Shown here one piece after another: positions 1 through 10,133 of a stretch of DNA of 31,074 nucleotides. The translations under genes were made by a program, and so were the position numbers. Location of the stretch: positions 1 to 31,074 of the forward strand of contig NW_021833373.1 in NCBI RefSeq assembly GCF_006345805.1. The letters are read 5' to 3'. The DNA comes from Octopus sinensis. Lineage: Eukaryota. Each line of letters opens with the position of its first letter. Within the stretch, counting starts at the first letter, position 1. The notes beneath the pieces are model-generated. The model had not been told where the DNA came from, made no database searches, and saw only the letters and a list, made by a program, of their open reading frames with translations.

Positions 1-290
1 GAGAGAGAGAATGGATGTTTTGATAAGATTACACATGTCGTACAAGTCCACCTTGGAAATTTAATCAAATATCGGCGAAATTTATGTCTTTATTACAGTT
101 TCCCAACTTAGTCGCCATTTTGTCGTCTGCCTTTCTTCTTTGCATTTTTGTGTTGTTCTTGTTGCTGTTTGCGTGTCTGTGTGTGTGTGTGTCTGCGTGT
201 GTGTGTGCGTGCGTATTTTGTTATTCTTACAAATGTCAGGGCATCGTCCTTAGTTTACGCGATTGTTTATTATGTTGCTTTCAAGAATTA

Positions 291-800
291 TGTGGCTGTG
301 TGGTAAGAAGCTTGCTTCGGGGTTCAGTCCCGCTGCGTGGCACCTCAGCCAAGTGTTTTCTATTATGGCCGCGTACCGACCAAATCCTTGTGGGTGGATT
401 TGGTAGACGGACACTGGAAGAAGCCCGTCGTGTGTGTGCGTTTGCGTGTGTGTGTGTGTGCGTGTGTGTGTGTGTGTGTGTGTGCGCTGTGTGTGTGTTT
501 GTGTCTGTGTTTGTTCCCCATCTATTTCTTTACTACCCACAAGGGGCTAAACACAGAGGGGACAAACAAGGACAGACAAACGGATTAAGTGTTTGTTCCC
601 CATCACCACATGACAACCAGTGTTGGTGTGTTTACATCCTTGTAACTTAGCTGTTCGGCTAAAGAGACCGACAGAATAAGTACTAGGCTTCAAAAAATAG
701 GTCCTCGGGTCGATTTGTTCGACTAAGACTGTTTAAGGCGGTGCTCAAGCAAGGCCACAGTCAAATGACTGAAACAAGTAAAAGAATAAATGAATAAAAG
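291..800 (+). mobile_element. tRNA-derived SINE, family A (internal microsatellite, AAAAGAGT-like tail)
   Basis: A-box-like TGGCTGTGTGGTAAG and B-box-like GGGTTCAGTCCC. Body and tail (GACAACC...AAATGACTGAAACAAGTAAAAGA) are homologous to the copies at 12653-13066, 15135-15557 and 16268-16440. Confidence 0.85.
523..588 (-). mobile_element. 66-bp 3' tail of SINE family B inserted antisense into family A SINE
   Basis: Near-identical to 18413-18478. Flanked by a perfect 16-bp direct repeat GTGTTTGTTCCCCATC at 507-522 and 589-604. Confidence 0.85.
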
Positions 801-820
801 AATGTGTGTGCATGTGTGCG

Positions 821-1138
821 TGCGCGTGACTTAGTGGTAAGGATATCGGCTCACAATCGGAAGGTCATGAGATCAATTCCCGGCAACGCGTTGTGTCCTT
901 GAGCATGACACTTTATTTCACATTGCTCCAGTCCTTTCAGTTAGCAAAAATGAGTAGTACCTGTATTTCAAATGATCAGGCTGGTCACACTCTGTGTTAC
1001 GTTGAACCACCCTGAGAACTACATTAAGGGCCACATGTTTGTGGAGTGCTCAGCCCCATGCACTTAATTTCACAAGCAGGCTGTTCCGTTGATCGAATTA
1101 ACTGGAACCTTCGTCGTCGAAAACCGACGGAATACCAT
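821..1138 (+). mobile_element. tRNA-derived SINE, family D head (CORE-like TGTGTCCTTGAGC segment) with tail Y
   Basis: Head resembles 25481-25625. The 3' part (GTACCTGTATTTCAAA...GCAGGCTGTTCCGTTGATC...CGTCGTCG) resembles 29933-30117. Confidence 0.75.
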
Positions 1139-1289
1139 ACACACACACGCGCACACACACCTGTATGTATATATGTATATATGTATGTATGTCATTATTC
1201 AGTTTTATTTCAAGAGCCGATTTCTAATCTAGATCCACTGAATATGCGTACGTTTGTATATGCCTGCGTTTGTATTTATGTTCTACCAT

Positions 1290-1470
1290 CACTTCAGAAA
1301 CGGTGTCGGTTTGTTTACGTCCCGTAACTCAGCAGTTCGGCAAAAAGAAACCGATTGAATAAATTTTAAGCTTAAAGATAAGTACTGGAGTCGGTTTATT
1401 CGACTAAAACTTTCACAGCGGTGCTCAATCATAGCTGCGAACGATGGCTGAAAGAAGCAAAAGATAAAAC
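1290..1470 (+). mobile_element. degenerate 3' half of SINE family A
   Basis: GTTTACGTCCCGTAACTCAGCAGTTCGGCAAAAAG...CGACTAAAAC...GCGGTGCTC aligns with 12897-13040. Confidence 0.7.
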
Positions 1471-1512
1471 ATATATATATATGTACGTGTGTGTGTTATA
1501 TTATATTATATA

Positions 1513-1825
1513 TCACCGTGATCACCGTGACCGATCAGGCTATCAGATGTTGCTACACATAGGTGTTCACAATGCGCTTCGCATTGTTTTAGCCGTCAAA
1601 TGACACCACCTCGCTGGCCAAGCGAGCAGGCCAACAGAAGAAAGAGTGAGAGAAAGTTGTGGTGAAAGAGTGCAGCAGGGATCGCCACCCCCCCCTGCCG
1701 GAGCCTCGTGAAGCTTTTAGGAGTTTTTGTTCAATAAACACGCACAACGCCCGGTCTGGGAATCGAAACCGCGATCCTACGACCGCGAGTCCGCTGCCCT
1801 AACCACTGAGCCATTGCGCCTCCAC
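1513..1825 (-). mobile_element. tRNA-derived SINE, family C head with tail X
   Basis: The minus strand begins GTGGAGGCGCAATGGCTCAGTGGTTAGGGCAGCGGACTCGCGGTCG...GGTTTCGATTCCC (A and B boxes). The first ~190 bp match 29734-29925. Confidence 0.85.
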
Positions 1826-1846
1826 AGTATTATATATATAATAAAA

Positions 1847-1988
1847 TGTTAGCGCGCCGGGCGAAATGCGTAGCCGTATTTCGTCTGTCGTTGCGTTGTG
1901 AGTTCAAATTCCGCCGAGATCGACTTTGCCTTTCATCCTTTCGGGGTCGATAAATAAAGTACCAGTTTCGCACTGGGGCAATGTAATT
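1847..1988 (+). mobile_element. SINE family B fragment
   Basis: GTTAGCGCGCCGGGCGAAATGCGTAGCCGTATTTCGTC...GAGTTCAAATTCCGCCGAG...CCTTTCGGGGTCGAT matches 21110-21250. Confidence 0.85.
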
Positions 1989-1989
1989 A

Positions 1990-1998
1990 TATAATATA

Positions 1999-2095
<97 letters not shown>

Positions 2096-2214
2096 GAAAA
2101 AAACAAAACACGAAGACAGGTGGTGTAGAAAACAACAGATGTATTAGTATAACACTCGGGAATTGAAAAAGTCTTTAACGTTTCGAGCCTACGCTCTTCC
2201 ACAGAAAGAAACAA

Positions 2215-2275
<61 letters not shown>
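1990..2275. repeat. (TA)n microsatellite interrupted by a ~120-bp element (2095-2216)
   Basis: TA runs at about 1990-2094 and 2217-2275 flank a unique insert. Confidence 0.95.
2172..2209 (-). ncRNA. minimal type I hammerhead-ribozyme-like motif (variant core)
   Basis: Minus strand reads TCTTT-CTGTGGAA-GAGC-GTAG-GCTC-GAAA-CG-TT-AAAGA: stem I 5 bp, stem II 4 bp, palindromic ACGT stem III. The core differs from CUGANGA (A6U plus an extra A). Confidence 0.55.
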
Positions 2276-2276
<1 letters not shown>

Positions 2277-2299
2277 GGTGTGTATGTGTGTATGTATAT

Positions 2300-2510
2300 T
2301 CTTTTCTTTTACATGTTTCAGTCTTTGACTGCGGCCATGCTGGAGCACCGCTTGAAGTGTTTTAGTCGAACGACTCAACCTTCATACCTGATTTTTTTCG
2401 AAGTCTGTTACTTATTCTATCGCTCTTTTTTGCTGAACCGCTAACTTACGGGACATAACCAAACTCCAGTTGTCAAAAGATAGTAGGGGACAAACACAAA
2501 GACACAGACT
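2300..2510 (-). mobile_element. 3' half of SINE family A
   Basis: TTTCAGTC...GACTGCGGCCATGCTGGAGCACCGC...GCTGAACCGCTAAC...GGGACAAACACA is the reverse complement of 12845-13045. Confidence 0.8.
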
Positions 2511-2599
2511 CACGAAGTTTATTGGAGATGGAGTTAAAATACATTCTACATTCTTTATGTGCAAAATCTTGAATGTTAACTTTTTTAGATTTAAACTCT

Positions 2600-3312
2600 G
2601 ATTCACATGGAGAAAACCGTTTCTTCTGATGTAATTGATTTGCTCATCAATCCTAAGTCAAATTGCTGAAGGCACGCAGATGAAAAGAAATTTGACATCG
2701 AACAAACAGCAAACCACCAGAATGACTGACTTTGGACTTCGGGGTGTATTTGGCTCCGTGAAGGGAAGACTCGTAAATTGACGTCAGTTATGGTTATGAT
2801 CATCGTAAATCCATATTCAGTTATGGTTATGATTAGGGTTAGGGTTAGGGTTTGGGTGGTCGTGACAGCCACTGGAAGGTCTCTCCTCGTTTTTGTGCTT
2901 TCAGGTGTTAAAATTAACACCCGACGATACATTAGCAACATTCTGGAAGCTGAACTGCTTCCATGAGCAAATGAACGCTTTCAAGGCGCACCTTGGAGTT
3001 TCCAACAGGAATTGGCACCATCCCACAGCTCCAAACAGATACAACACTGGGTTCAGAAAGAAAACATTCCGTCGTTCAAAGACAAGTATGCGAGGCCCTC
3101 AAAAAGTCCCGATCACAACCCGTTGGGTTTTTGTTTGGTCCATTTTGGAAACGAAGTTCTCGAGCACTCCTCATGCTTCGCTCGACACTTTGAAGGCAAA
3201 ATTGCGCCAGGAACGGGCTTCGATTCCACAAGAACAGCTATGTGTTGTGTGTGAAGCACTCGCACCTAGACTTAAGGCTGTGATTCGAAACAGAGGTGGT
3301 CATATTGAATAA
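2600..3312 (+). pseudogene. decayed Tc1/mariner (maT/DD37D-like) transposase
   Basis: Motifs across frames: SVMV..W..VTATGRSLLVFV.GVKIN..YI..ILEAELLP, QQELAPSHSSK..Q.W, PSKSPDHNPLG, VWSILETK...SLDTLKAKL...RLKAVIRNRGGHIE*. Frameshifted, with catalytic Asp positions mutated. Confidence 0.85.
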
Positions 3313-3504
3313 ATGTGGTAGGGGCATAATTGTTTTCTTTTTTCATTGCATTGCAGCACTCGGACCCGAAATATAACAATATTTTGTTTCGGTAAAATTG
3401 AAAAAAAGTTGGTTGCTTTAATTATAGGGGCATATATTATATATACAAATATAATAAGTACAGAGCAAAAGATTTGTTCAAGAAATTGTCTAATTATTAT
3501 TTGG

Positions 3505-3767
3505 ACATACATACATACATACATACATACATACATACATACATACATAGGTAGACAGACTGACAACATGCACAGACAGACAGACGCGCGATCATTTTCA
3601 CAAATAGACACACAAGACACACAAAACAGATAGGCAGGTAGGCAGACAGACAGACATCCAGACTGACAGACATACAGACAGGCAGGCAGACAGACTGACT
3701 GACTGACAGACAGACATACAGACAGACACATAGATAGAGAGAGAGACAGACAGACAGACAGACAAAC

Positions 3768-3848
<81 letters not shown>
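3505..3848. repeat. compound tetranucleotide microsatellite (ACAT)n/(AGAC)n/(AGAT)n
   Basis: Read directly from the sequence. Confidence 0.95.
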
Positions 3849-4149
3849 CGAAATGAGATGACAGGAGATAAGATGTATATCTTGTAAGGAACTTCTTAGG
3901 GAATGGATCATACGTGAATGCTTTTAACAAGTGGACGGAAGAAGTGGTTGAGAGGGTTTGGCTGTGTGTAGTGGAAGCAACATTTAAGAATGACCGGAAA
4001 CGTTAACGAAACAATCTGTTTATAAATAAAAGATCACAGCAGTTGATTCTTGATATACAAATAGTTTATATTGTCAGCGGTGAGAAACCATGATAGAAGG
4101 TGACGGTGCTGCGTGATAGGTGGGGTGCGGGGCGATAGGTGCGGCTGAG

Positions 4150-5330
4150 GTAGTGGTGGTGGTGGTGGTGGTGGTGGTGGTGGTGGTGGTGGTGGTGGTG
4201 GTGGTGACGGTGGTGATGGTGGTGGTGCTGGTAATGCAGTGGTATGTTTATGTTGATATTTGAAGTCAGGGTGGAGGTGCTAGTTATAATGGGGGAGAGG
4301 AGTTAGTCAAAGTGGTGGAGATGAGGGGTTGTGGTGGTGTAGGTTGAGGTGGTGGTGGGGTAGTGGTAGCGGTGGGGTGTAGCAGTGGAAGTGGTAGTAG
4401 TAGTAGTGGTAGTGGTGGTGGTGGTGGTGCTGCTGCTGCTGCTCAAGTGTTTATGTTTTTGGTAGGTTAGGGATGGTAGGGTGTAATGTCGGTCATATGT
4501 TCGTGGTGCAGGTGGTGGTGTGGTGACACTGACGGTGGTAGTAGTGGCGGTGGTGGTGGCGGTGATGGTGATGGTGGTGGTGGTGGTGGTGGCGGTGCTG
4601 CTGGTGCTGGTGCTGCTGGTGCTGGTGCTGGCGGTGGTGGTGTGGCGTTGGGGTGGCAGGGTGTGGTGGGGGAGTGGGGTGATAGTGGTGGTCGTGGTGG
4701 TGGTGGTGGTGCTAGTGGTAGCGGTAACGGTGGCAGCGGCCTCGGCGATAGTGGTGGTTGGTGTTGGTGGTGGTGTGGTGGTGGTGTGGTGGTGATGGTA
4801 GTTGTAATGCGGTGATGTATTGGTGTAGCGCGTCGATGTGGCGTTCTTTATGATGCTAGCGGTGCTGGCGGTGTGGTGTTGATGGTTGTGATATTGATGG
4901 TGATGCTGGTGGCAGTGGTGGTGGTGGTGGTGATGGTGGTGGTGGTGGTGGTGGTGGTGGTGATGGTGGTAATGGCGGTGATGGTATTGGTTAGCGCGTC
5001 GATGGTGGCGTTCTTGATGATGCTAGTGCGTGTTGCGGCGGTGGTGGTGTTGATGGTTGTGATATTGATGGTGATGCTGGTGGCAGTGGTGGTGGTGGTG
5101 GTGATGGTGGTGGTGGTGGTGGTGGTGGTGGTGATGGTGGTAATGGCGGTGATGGTATTGGTGGTAGCGCGTCGATGGTGGCGTTCTTGATGATGCTAGC
5201 GGTGCTGGCGGTGGTGGTGTTGATGGTTGTGATATTGATGGTGATGCTGGTGGCAGTGGTGGTGGTGGTGGTGATGGTGGTGGTGGTGGTGGTGCTAGTG
5301 GTGGTGGTGGTGGTGGTGTGGTATTGGTGG
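4150..5330. repeat. (GGT)n-rich low-complexity tract including three ~170-bp tandem units (about 4815-5320)
   Basis: AGCGCGTCGATGGTGGCGTTCTTGATGATGCTAG...GTGATATTGATGGTGATGCTGGTGGCAGTGG recurs near 4827, 4993 and 5166. Confidence 0.9.
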
Positions 5331-5812
5331 TTCATCTATAAGACTAAACACTTTTGTCATTGCCGTCGGAGTTTAACAGAAGAAAGAAAAATGACTGCTA
5401 TTTCTAACAGATCTAGTGACCACGTCGATATACCTTTATGGTTACTTTCATGTTATTGTTATTGTTGTTGTTTCCAAGGACTGGTTATGGTAGCGGTGAT
5501 GGCGGTGATAGTTTTTGAAAAAGAAAGCTGTGTGATGACATTGGAATTACTTTAAAGAAATCCAGACGATATTATAAAGTCAAAATCAGAAACCAAGTTG
5601 GCAAAACTCCCCAGTGTGTGTGTGTGTGTGGTGTGTGTGTGTGTGTGTCTGTCTGTCTGGTAGCCTGTGCGCGCACGCAGTGAGGATTCGACAAACGTGA
5701 ACCTCACAAAACATCTTAATTCGTATAAATGATGCTTTTAATCTCTGAGAGCGCTCCATAACTAGTTAGAATGAAAAGTATATGTATATTATCACATATA
5801 TATGTATGTATG

Positions 5813-5860
<48 letters not shown>

Positions 5861-5907
5861 GTGTGTGTGTGTGTGTTGTGTGTGTGTGTGCATTTACATA
5901 TATATAT

Positions 5908-5962
<55 letters not shown>

Positions 5963-6059
5963 CGACTAAACATAAATGTGAAACAAGGTGGAAAAAAAAG
6001 AGTACTCAAATACCAGTGGTAGAGTAATATGCTTTATTTAAAGCAGCAGAAAATTCAAC

Positions 6060-6107
6060 AAAAACTGTTACTCTGAGTTTCACGTTCCCGTTTATCGGAC
6101 AGTTTTT
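6060..6107 (-). ncRNA. type I hammerhead copy, probably inactive (G8A)
   Basis: Minus strand reads AAAAACTGT-CCGATAA-ACG-GGAA-CGT-GAAA-CTC-A-GAG-TA-ACAGTTTTT, with a 9-bp stem I. Confidence 0.65.
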
Positions 6108-6144
6108 GCTAGAATAGAACCGACATATCGGTTCTATTCTAGCA

Positions 6145-6190
6145 AAAACTGTCCGATGAACGGGAACGTGAAACTCAGAGTAACAGGTTT
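6145..6190 (+). ncRNA. type I hammerhead ribozyme, U4C core variant
   Basis: CTGT-CCGATGA-ACG-GGAA-CGT-GAAA-CTC-A-GAG-TA-ACAG: all three stems pair, loop II is GNRA, and cleavage is predicted after GUA at 6182. Confidence 0.75.
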
Positions 6191-6216
6191 CGTTGAATTT
6201 CTGCGCTTTAAATAAA

Positions 6217-6282
<66 letters not shown>

Positions 6283-7415
6283 CTAGCTGGTGTACCCGGT
6301 AATTCCCGGAGGTAAAGATGTTCTATTGAAACGCCTTATTACTCTGATATAAGAAAGCAATTCCGTTATAACTGCCACGAAAGGTGTATTTTCCGTCACG
6401 AAAAAGTACAAAAACTACCAGCTGAAGGATGGAGAGATTGTTGGAGGCTGGTGAGAGAAGTTTTCGGAGGTTGGCGAGAGGCAAAGACATTATTCTGCTT
6501 CGCGAATGCATCTGGGAAATGTATAACTGTCATTCACAGAAAAAACTATTGTTTTACCGTGAGAAAAGCGCTGTTGAAGTGTTAAGTGAAATTAGGCAAT
6601 CAAGAATCTAATCCACGCTATGCCTGCATGAAGCCACTACAAATACGTTGTGGAATAAAACATTATCTACTGTCATGGAAAAAGTGTAACTGTAAAAATG
6701 CAGAATTATCGGAGTAATGGGCATTCAAAACAGTATGTATGTATAGAAATGTATGAATGAAGTCTTCAAGGTTTAAGATTCAAATTAAGGAAGTGCAATA
6801 ATAATGTGTAGCAGTTCAAAACTGTGAGTAGTGAAATGCAAAATTAGGTCGGCTGATCGTGAGAATCAAATGTTGATCGCTTCGCTACAATCTGCAGGTG
6901 GTATGGGTTATTTCCCTTGGGTTGTTTAAATAAAATATTAATAATATGTAGTAGATGGAAAGATCCATTGGAAGGGCCCTATTATCGATTTTTTTCAAGA
7001 GTTTAAGTATGTCACGAGATTTCCAGACATGAGTTCTACTCACGTGTCAAATAAAGTATAAAAGTGATATTGTCTACAAAAATTAGAAATAGGACACTAA
7101 AAAAAATCAATATTCAAAGTAATCGAACATAAACAATGAAATGGGTTATTTCCCTTGAGTGTTTAAAAATATTGTACAGGTGCTATGGGTTATTTCCCTT
7201 GGGTGTTTAAAAAATTAGTTATATGAGGTAAATATAAAGGTCCCTTCCAGGGGCTGTATTATCTATGTTTTCAACAATCTAAGTACGTCACGAGGTTTCC
7301 AGACATGAGTTTTACTCACGTGTGAAGTTTCATTAAAATCAATAAAACAACGTAGGAGGAGTTAGATAACAATGCCACAAACAAACACACACCGATTTTC
7401 CACATATGTAGTAGA
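6283..7415 (-). mobile_element. non-autonomous Helitron family 1 (~1.13 kb)
   Basis: Minus strand 5' A|TCTACTACATATG and 3' CCGG-GAATTA-CCGG hairpin followed by CTAG|T, with no TSD. Internal GGGAAATAACCCAT repeats. Copies at 10585-11706 and 13493-14610. Confidence 0.8.
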
Positions 7416-7419
7416 TTTA

Positions 7420-7474
<55 letters not shown>

Positions 7475-7479
7475 TGTGT

Positions 7480-7620
7480 TCAGCTTATGGAACATCTGAA
7501 TGTTTCTGGGTCTTCTCAGCCAATACAACGGGAGATGGATTCCAAGAAACCCTGCTAGAAGTAGCAGTTATTCACAAGGGGTTGGATATAAATGAAACGA
7601 ACATGGAAAATTAAGCCAGC
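7480..7620 (+). pseudogene. possible hAT transposase fragment
   Basis: ECFWVFSANTTGDGFQETLLEV...GLDI resembles the ExFLGF...TTGxxL...L...GLDI segment of hAT/Tip100-type transposases. Short and degenerate. Confidence 0.3.
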
Positions 7621-7827
7621 GCGTTTATATAGAAGTGAACAATTCCAGTTTTACTGAGAAAGTAAAATACCTCCAGATTGTTTGACTAGTAATGATATTA
7701 ACATAGAATATTCAGTATGTTCTGAGAGCAATTATATAAACATATACACATACATACATACATACATACATACATACATACATACATACATACATACATG
7801 CATGCATGCATACATACATACATACAT

Positions 7828-7866
<39 letters not shown>

Positions 7867-7883
7867 CATAGATACATAGATAC

Positions 7884-7971
<88 letters not shown>

Positions 7972-8369
7972 ACAGACAGACGGACAGACATATAAGCATG
8001 CGTGCGTACGTATATGTGTATATAAGGAAGAGAGAGAGAGAGGGAGAGTGAGTGTGTGTGAGAGAGAGAGGGGAAAGGAGAGGAGAGGGAAAGATCGGCA
8101 GAAAGGAAAATAAAATACAATCGATTTTGTTTGAAGGCATACCAGGTGAAGGCATAATTTGTTAATTGCATAACATTTCGAAATACTGAACGTTTTAGCA
8201 TCAAATCTTTGTCAAATTGATAAGTTAATTATAGTTGCAGAGCAGCAGAACAACGTGAGTACGCGAAGCAAACATCTTAGCCCTTGCTTGCATCTCTATC
8301 CTTACTTACCTATGAATGCTCCCATCTCCTATTAGCATAATATTGGAAGAAGTGTAAAAACATGGTATA

Positions 8370-8569
8370 AGATGTAGGATAAACTGCTCAAATGGTTCTC
8401 TTTAGAGAAATCCCTATCCCTACTAATCTACACTCGTTATGCCGATAACATAAACATTGTGATTAAAGCCACTGTACAAAAGAAATCTGGAAAATAACAA
8501 CACTCTATGGAAAACATCCGGCAGATAGCAAACTCCATCCGCGAAAGCATTAAAGTTACCATTCATTGC
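8370..8569 (+). pseudogene. Penelope-like reverse transcriptase fragment
   Basis: One frame reads M*DKLLKWFSLEKSLSLLIYTRYADNINIVI...*QHSMENIRQIANSIRESIKVTIHC. YADN (8438-8449) corresponds to the YxRYVDD motif, and the partner copy continues PSKH. Confidence 0.6.
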
Positions 8570-8610
8570 GGTTGTTTAGCAAGCTACTTACCACACAGCC
8601 ACTCTGCGCC
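8570..8610 (-). mobile_element. 5' 41 bp of a family A SINE at an inversion breakpoint
   Basis: Minus strand GGCGCAGAGTGGCTGTGTGGTAAGTAGCTTGCTAAACAACC. The last 22 nt are identical to 12653-12674. Confidence 0.85.
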
Positions 8611-9487
8611 TATGTCTTTTTTTTTTAATAAGTATAACTTACACAATACAGACTCGATGGAACTGCATGTTTTTCTCTTACATCGATTTTCAGTTTTGTT
8701 TTATGTTGCACTCTCCTAAATTTGTTAACCGTTTCACTCTGAATGTAACCCCGATAAACATCGAACTTAGCAATTTGTTGTTATCTTACCTAGAATTTTT
8801 CTTGTCTAATCTTTACCTGTTTTTTTTATTAGTTTGTTCCAGAACCTGCTCCGGTACATGTATCGTTGCTGACGATTATTTCAATTTTTTTTTACCCCTT
8901 TATATTCTCTGATACGATCTCACTAGTTACATCCAGAGAATTGCGTAAAGTGGATGAAATCCTACACATGCTTTCTCTGTTTGCACGACGGACACGCGAA
9001 ATACGTTTCTCCTGGTCATCACAGGGTCTTTTATTAAGGTTTTTATGTTTGCATTTGTTAACATAGCAGGTAGGTTGAGGACCAGGTACATAGTGGCTAT
9101 AGGTTTCATTTAATGCGAGTGGAGAATTTGTTTCATGCTACTTGAAATTTTTAGCTATAATTCCGTATCAAGAACGAGTAGTCTTGTGTTAGGAAATATC
9201 TATTAGCGACAGAGAGGGCATTAACACGGAGAAGTAATATTTAACCGCACTTAACGTGGATGTTCTGTTAGAACAAACTATACTGCGATAGATAGCATGA
9301 GAGAAACTCTCATGTTGGCTTTTGGTGCAAAATGCTCTCTTGTTTATATTGTTAGCGGGGAGATAAATCCTCATCACCTCCAGCGTCGAAATAATCAGAT
9401 AACGTGATTTCGACCTTCCTTGGTCTTGTCAATGATGGACGCTCGATCGCTAGAGATAGCAGCGATTCATCTCCGCGCCAGCAGAGC

Positions 9488-9700
9488 GTGTTTGGATGGG
9501 CAATGAATGGTAACTTTAATGCTTTCGCGGATGGAGTTTGCTATCTGCCGGATGTTTTCCATAGAGTGTTGTTATTTTCCAGATTTCTTTTGTACAGTGG
9601 CTTTAATCACAATGTTTATGTTATCGGCATAACGAGTGTAGATTAGTAGGGATAGGGATTTCTCTAAAGAGAACCATTTGAGCAGTTTATCCTACATCTT
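9488..9700 (-). pseudogene. Penelope-like RT fragment (inverted copy, slightly longer)
   Basis: Reverse complement of 8370-8569, extending to ...SIKVTIHCPSKH. Confidence 0.6.
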
Positions 9701-10092
9701 ATACCATGTTTACACTTCTTCCAATATTATGCTAATAGGAGATGGGAGCATTCATAGGTAAGTTAGGATAGAGATGCAAGCAAGGGCTAAGATGTTTGCT
9801 TCGCGTACTCACGTTGTTCTGCTGCTCTGCAACTATAATTAACTTATCAATTTGACAAAGATTTGATGCTAAAACGTTCAGTATTTCGAAATGTTATGCA
9901 ATTAACAAATTATGCCTTCACCTGGTATGCCTTCAAACAAAATCGATTGTATTTTATTTTCCTTTCTGCCGATCTTTCCCTCTCCTCTCCTTTCCTCTCT
10001 CTCTCACACACACACTCACTCTCCCTCTCTCTCTCTCTTCCTTATATACACATATACGTACGCACGCATGCTTATATGTCTCTGTCCGTCTG

Positions 10093-10133
<41 letters not shown>

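Larger units (their letters stand above)
5961..6222. mobile_element. (TA)n-embedded palindromic non-autonomous element carrying hammerhead motifs (Penelope pLTR-like or retrozyme-like)
   Basis: Arms 6027-6123 and 6128-6222 are near-perfect inverted repeats around a 4-nt spacer (CATA). Each arm has a hammerhead fold, followed on the same strand by AATAAA. Confidence 0.75.
6283..8569. repeat. left arm of a large inverted duplication (partner 9500-11706)
   Basis: Near-identical reverse complement of 9500-11706. The ORF track shows mirrored peptides, e.g. MERLLEAGERSF and MMLKRSVFRN. Confidence 0.95.

Noticed and set aside
6429-6611. Recurrent 60-aa ORF MERLLEAGERSF... as a conserved small gene
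   Set aside because: It recurs only because of recent duplication of a Helitron and has no recognisable domain.
8940-9060. Minus-strand ETYFACPSC as a piggyBac C-terminal cysteine-rich domain
   Set aside because: It is too short, the remaining Cys/His residues are not in frame, and no TIR or TTAA support was seen.
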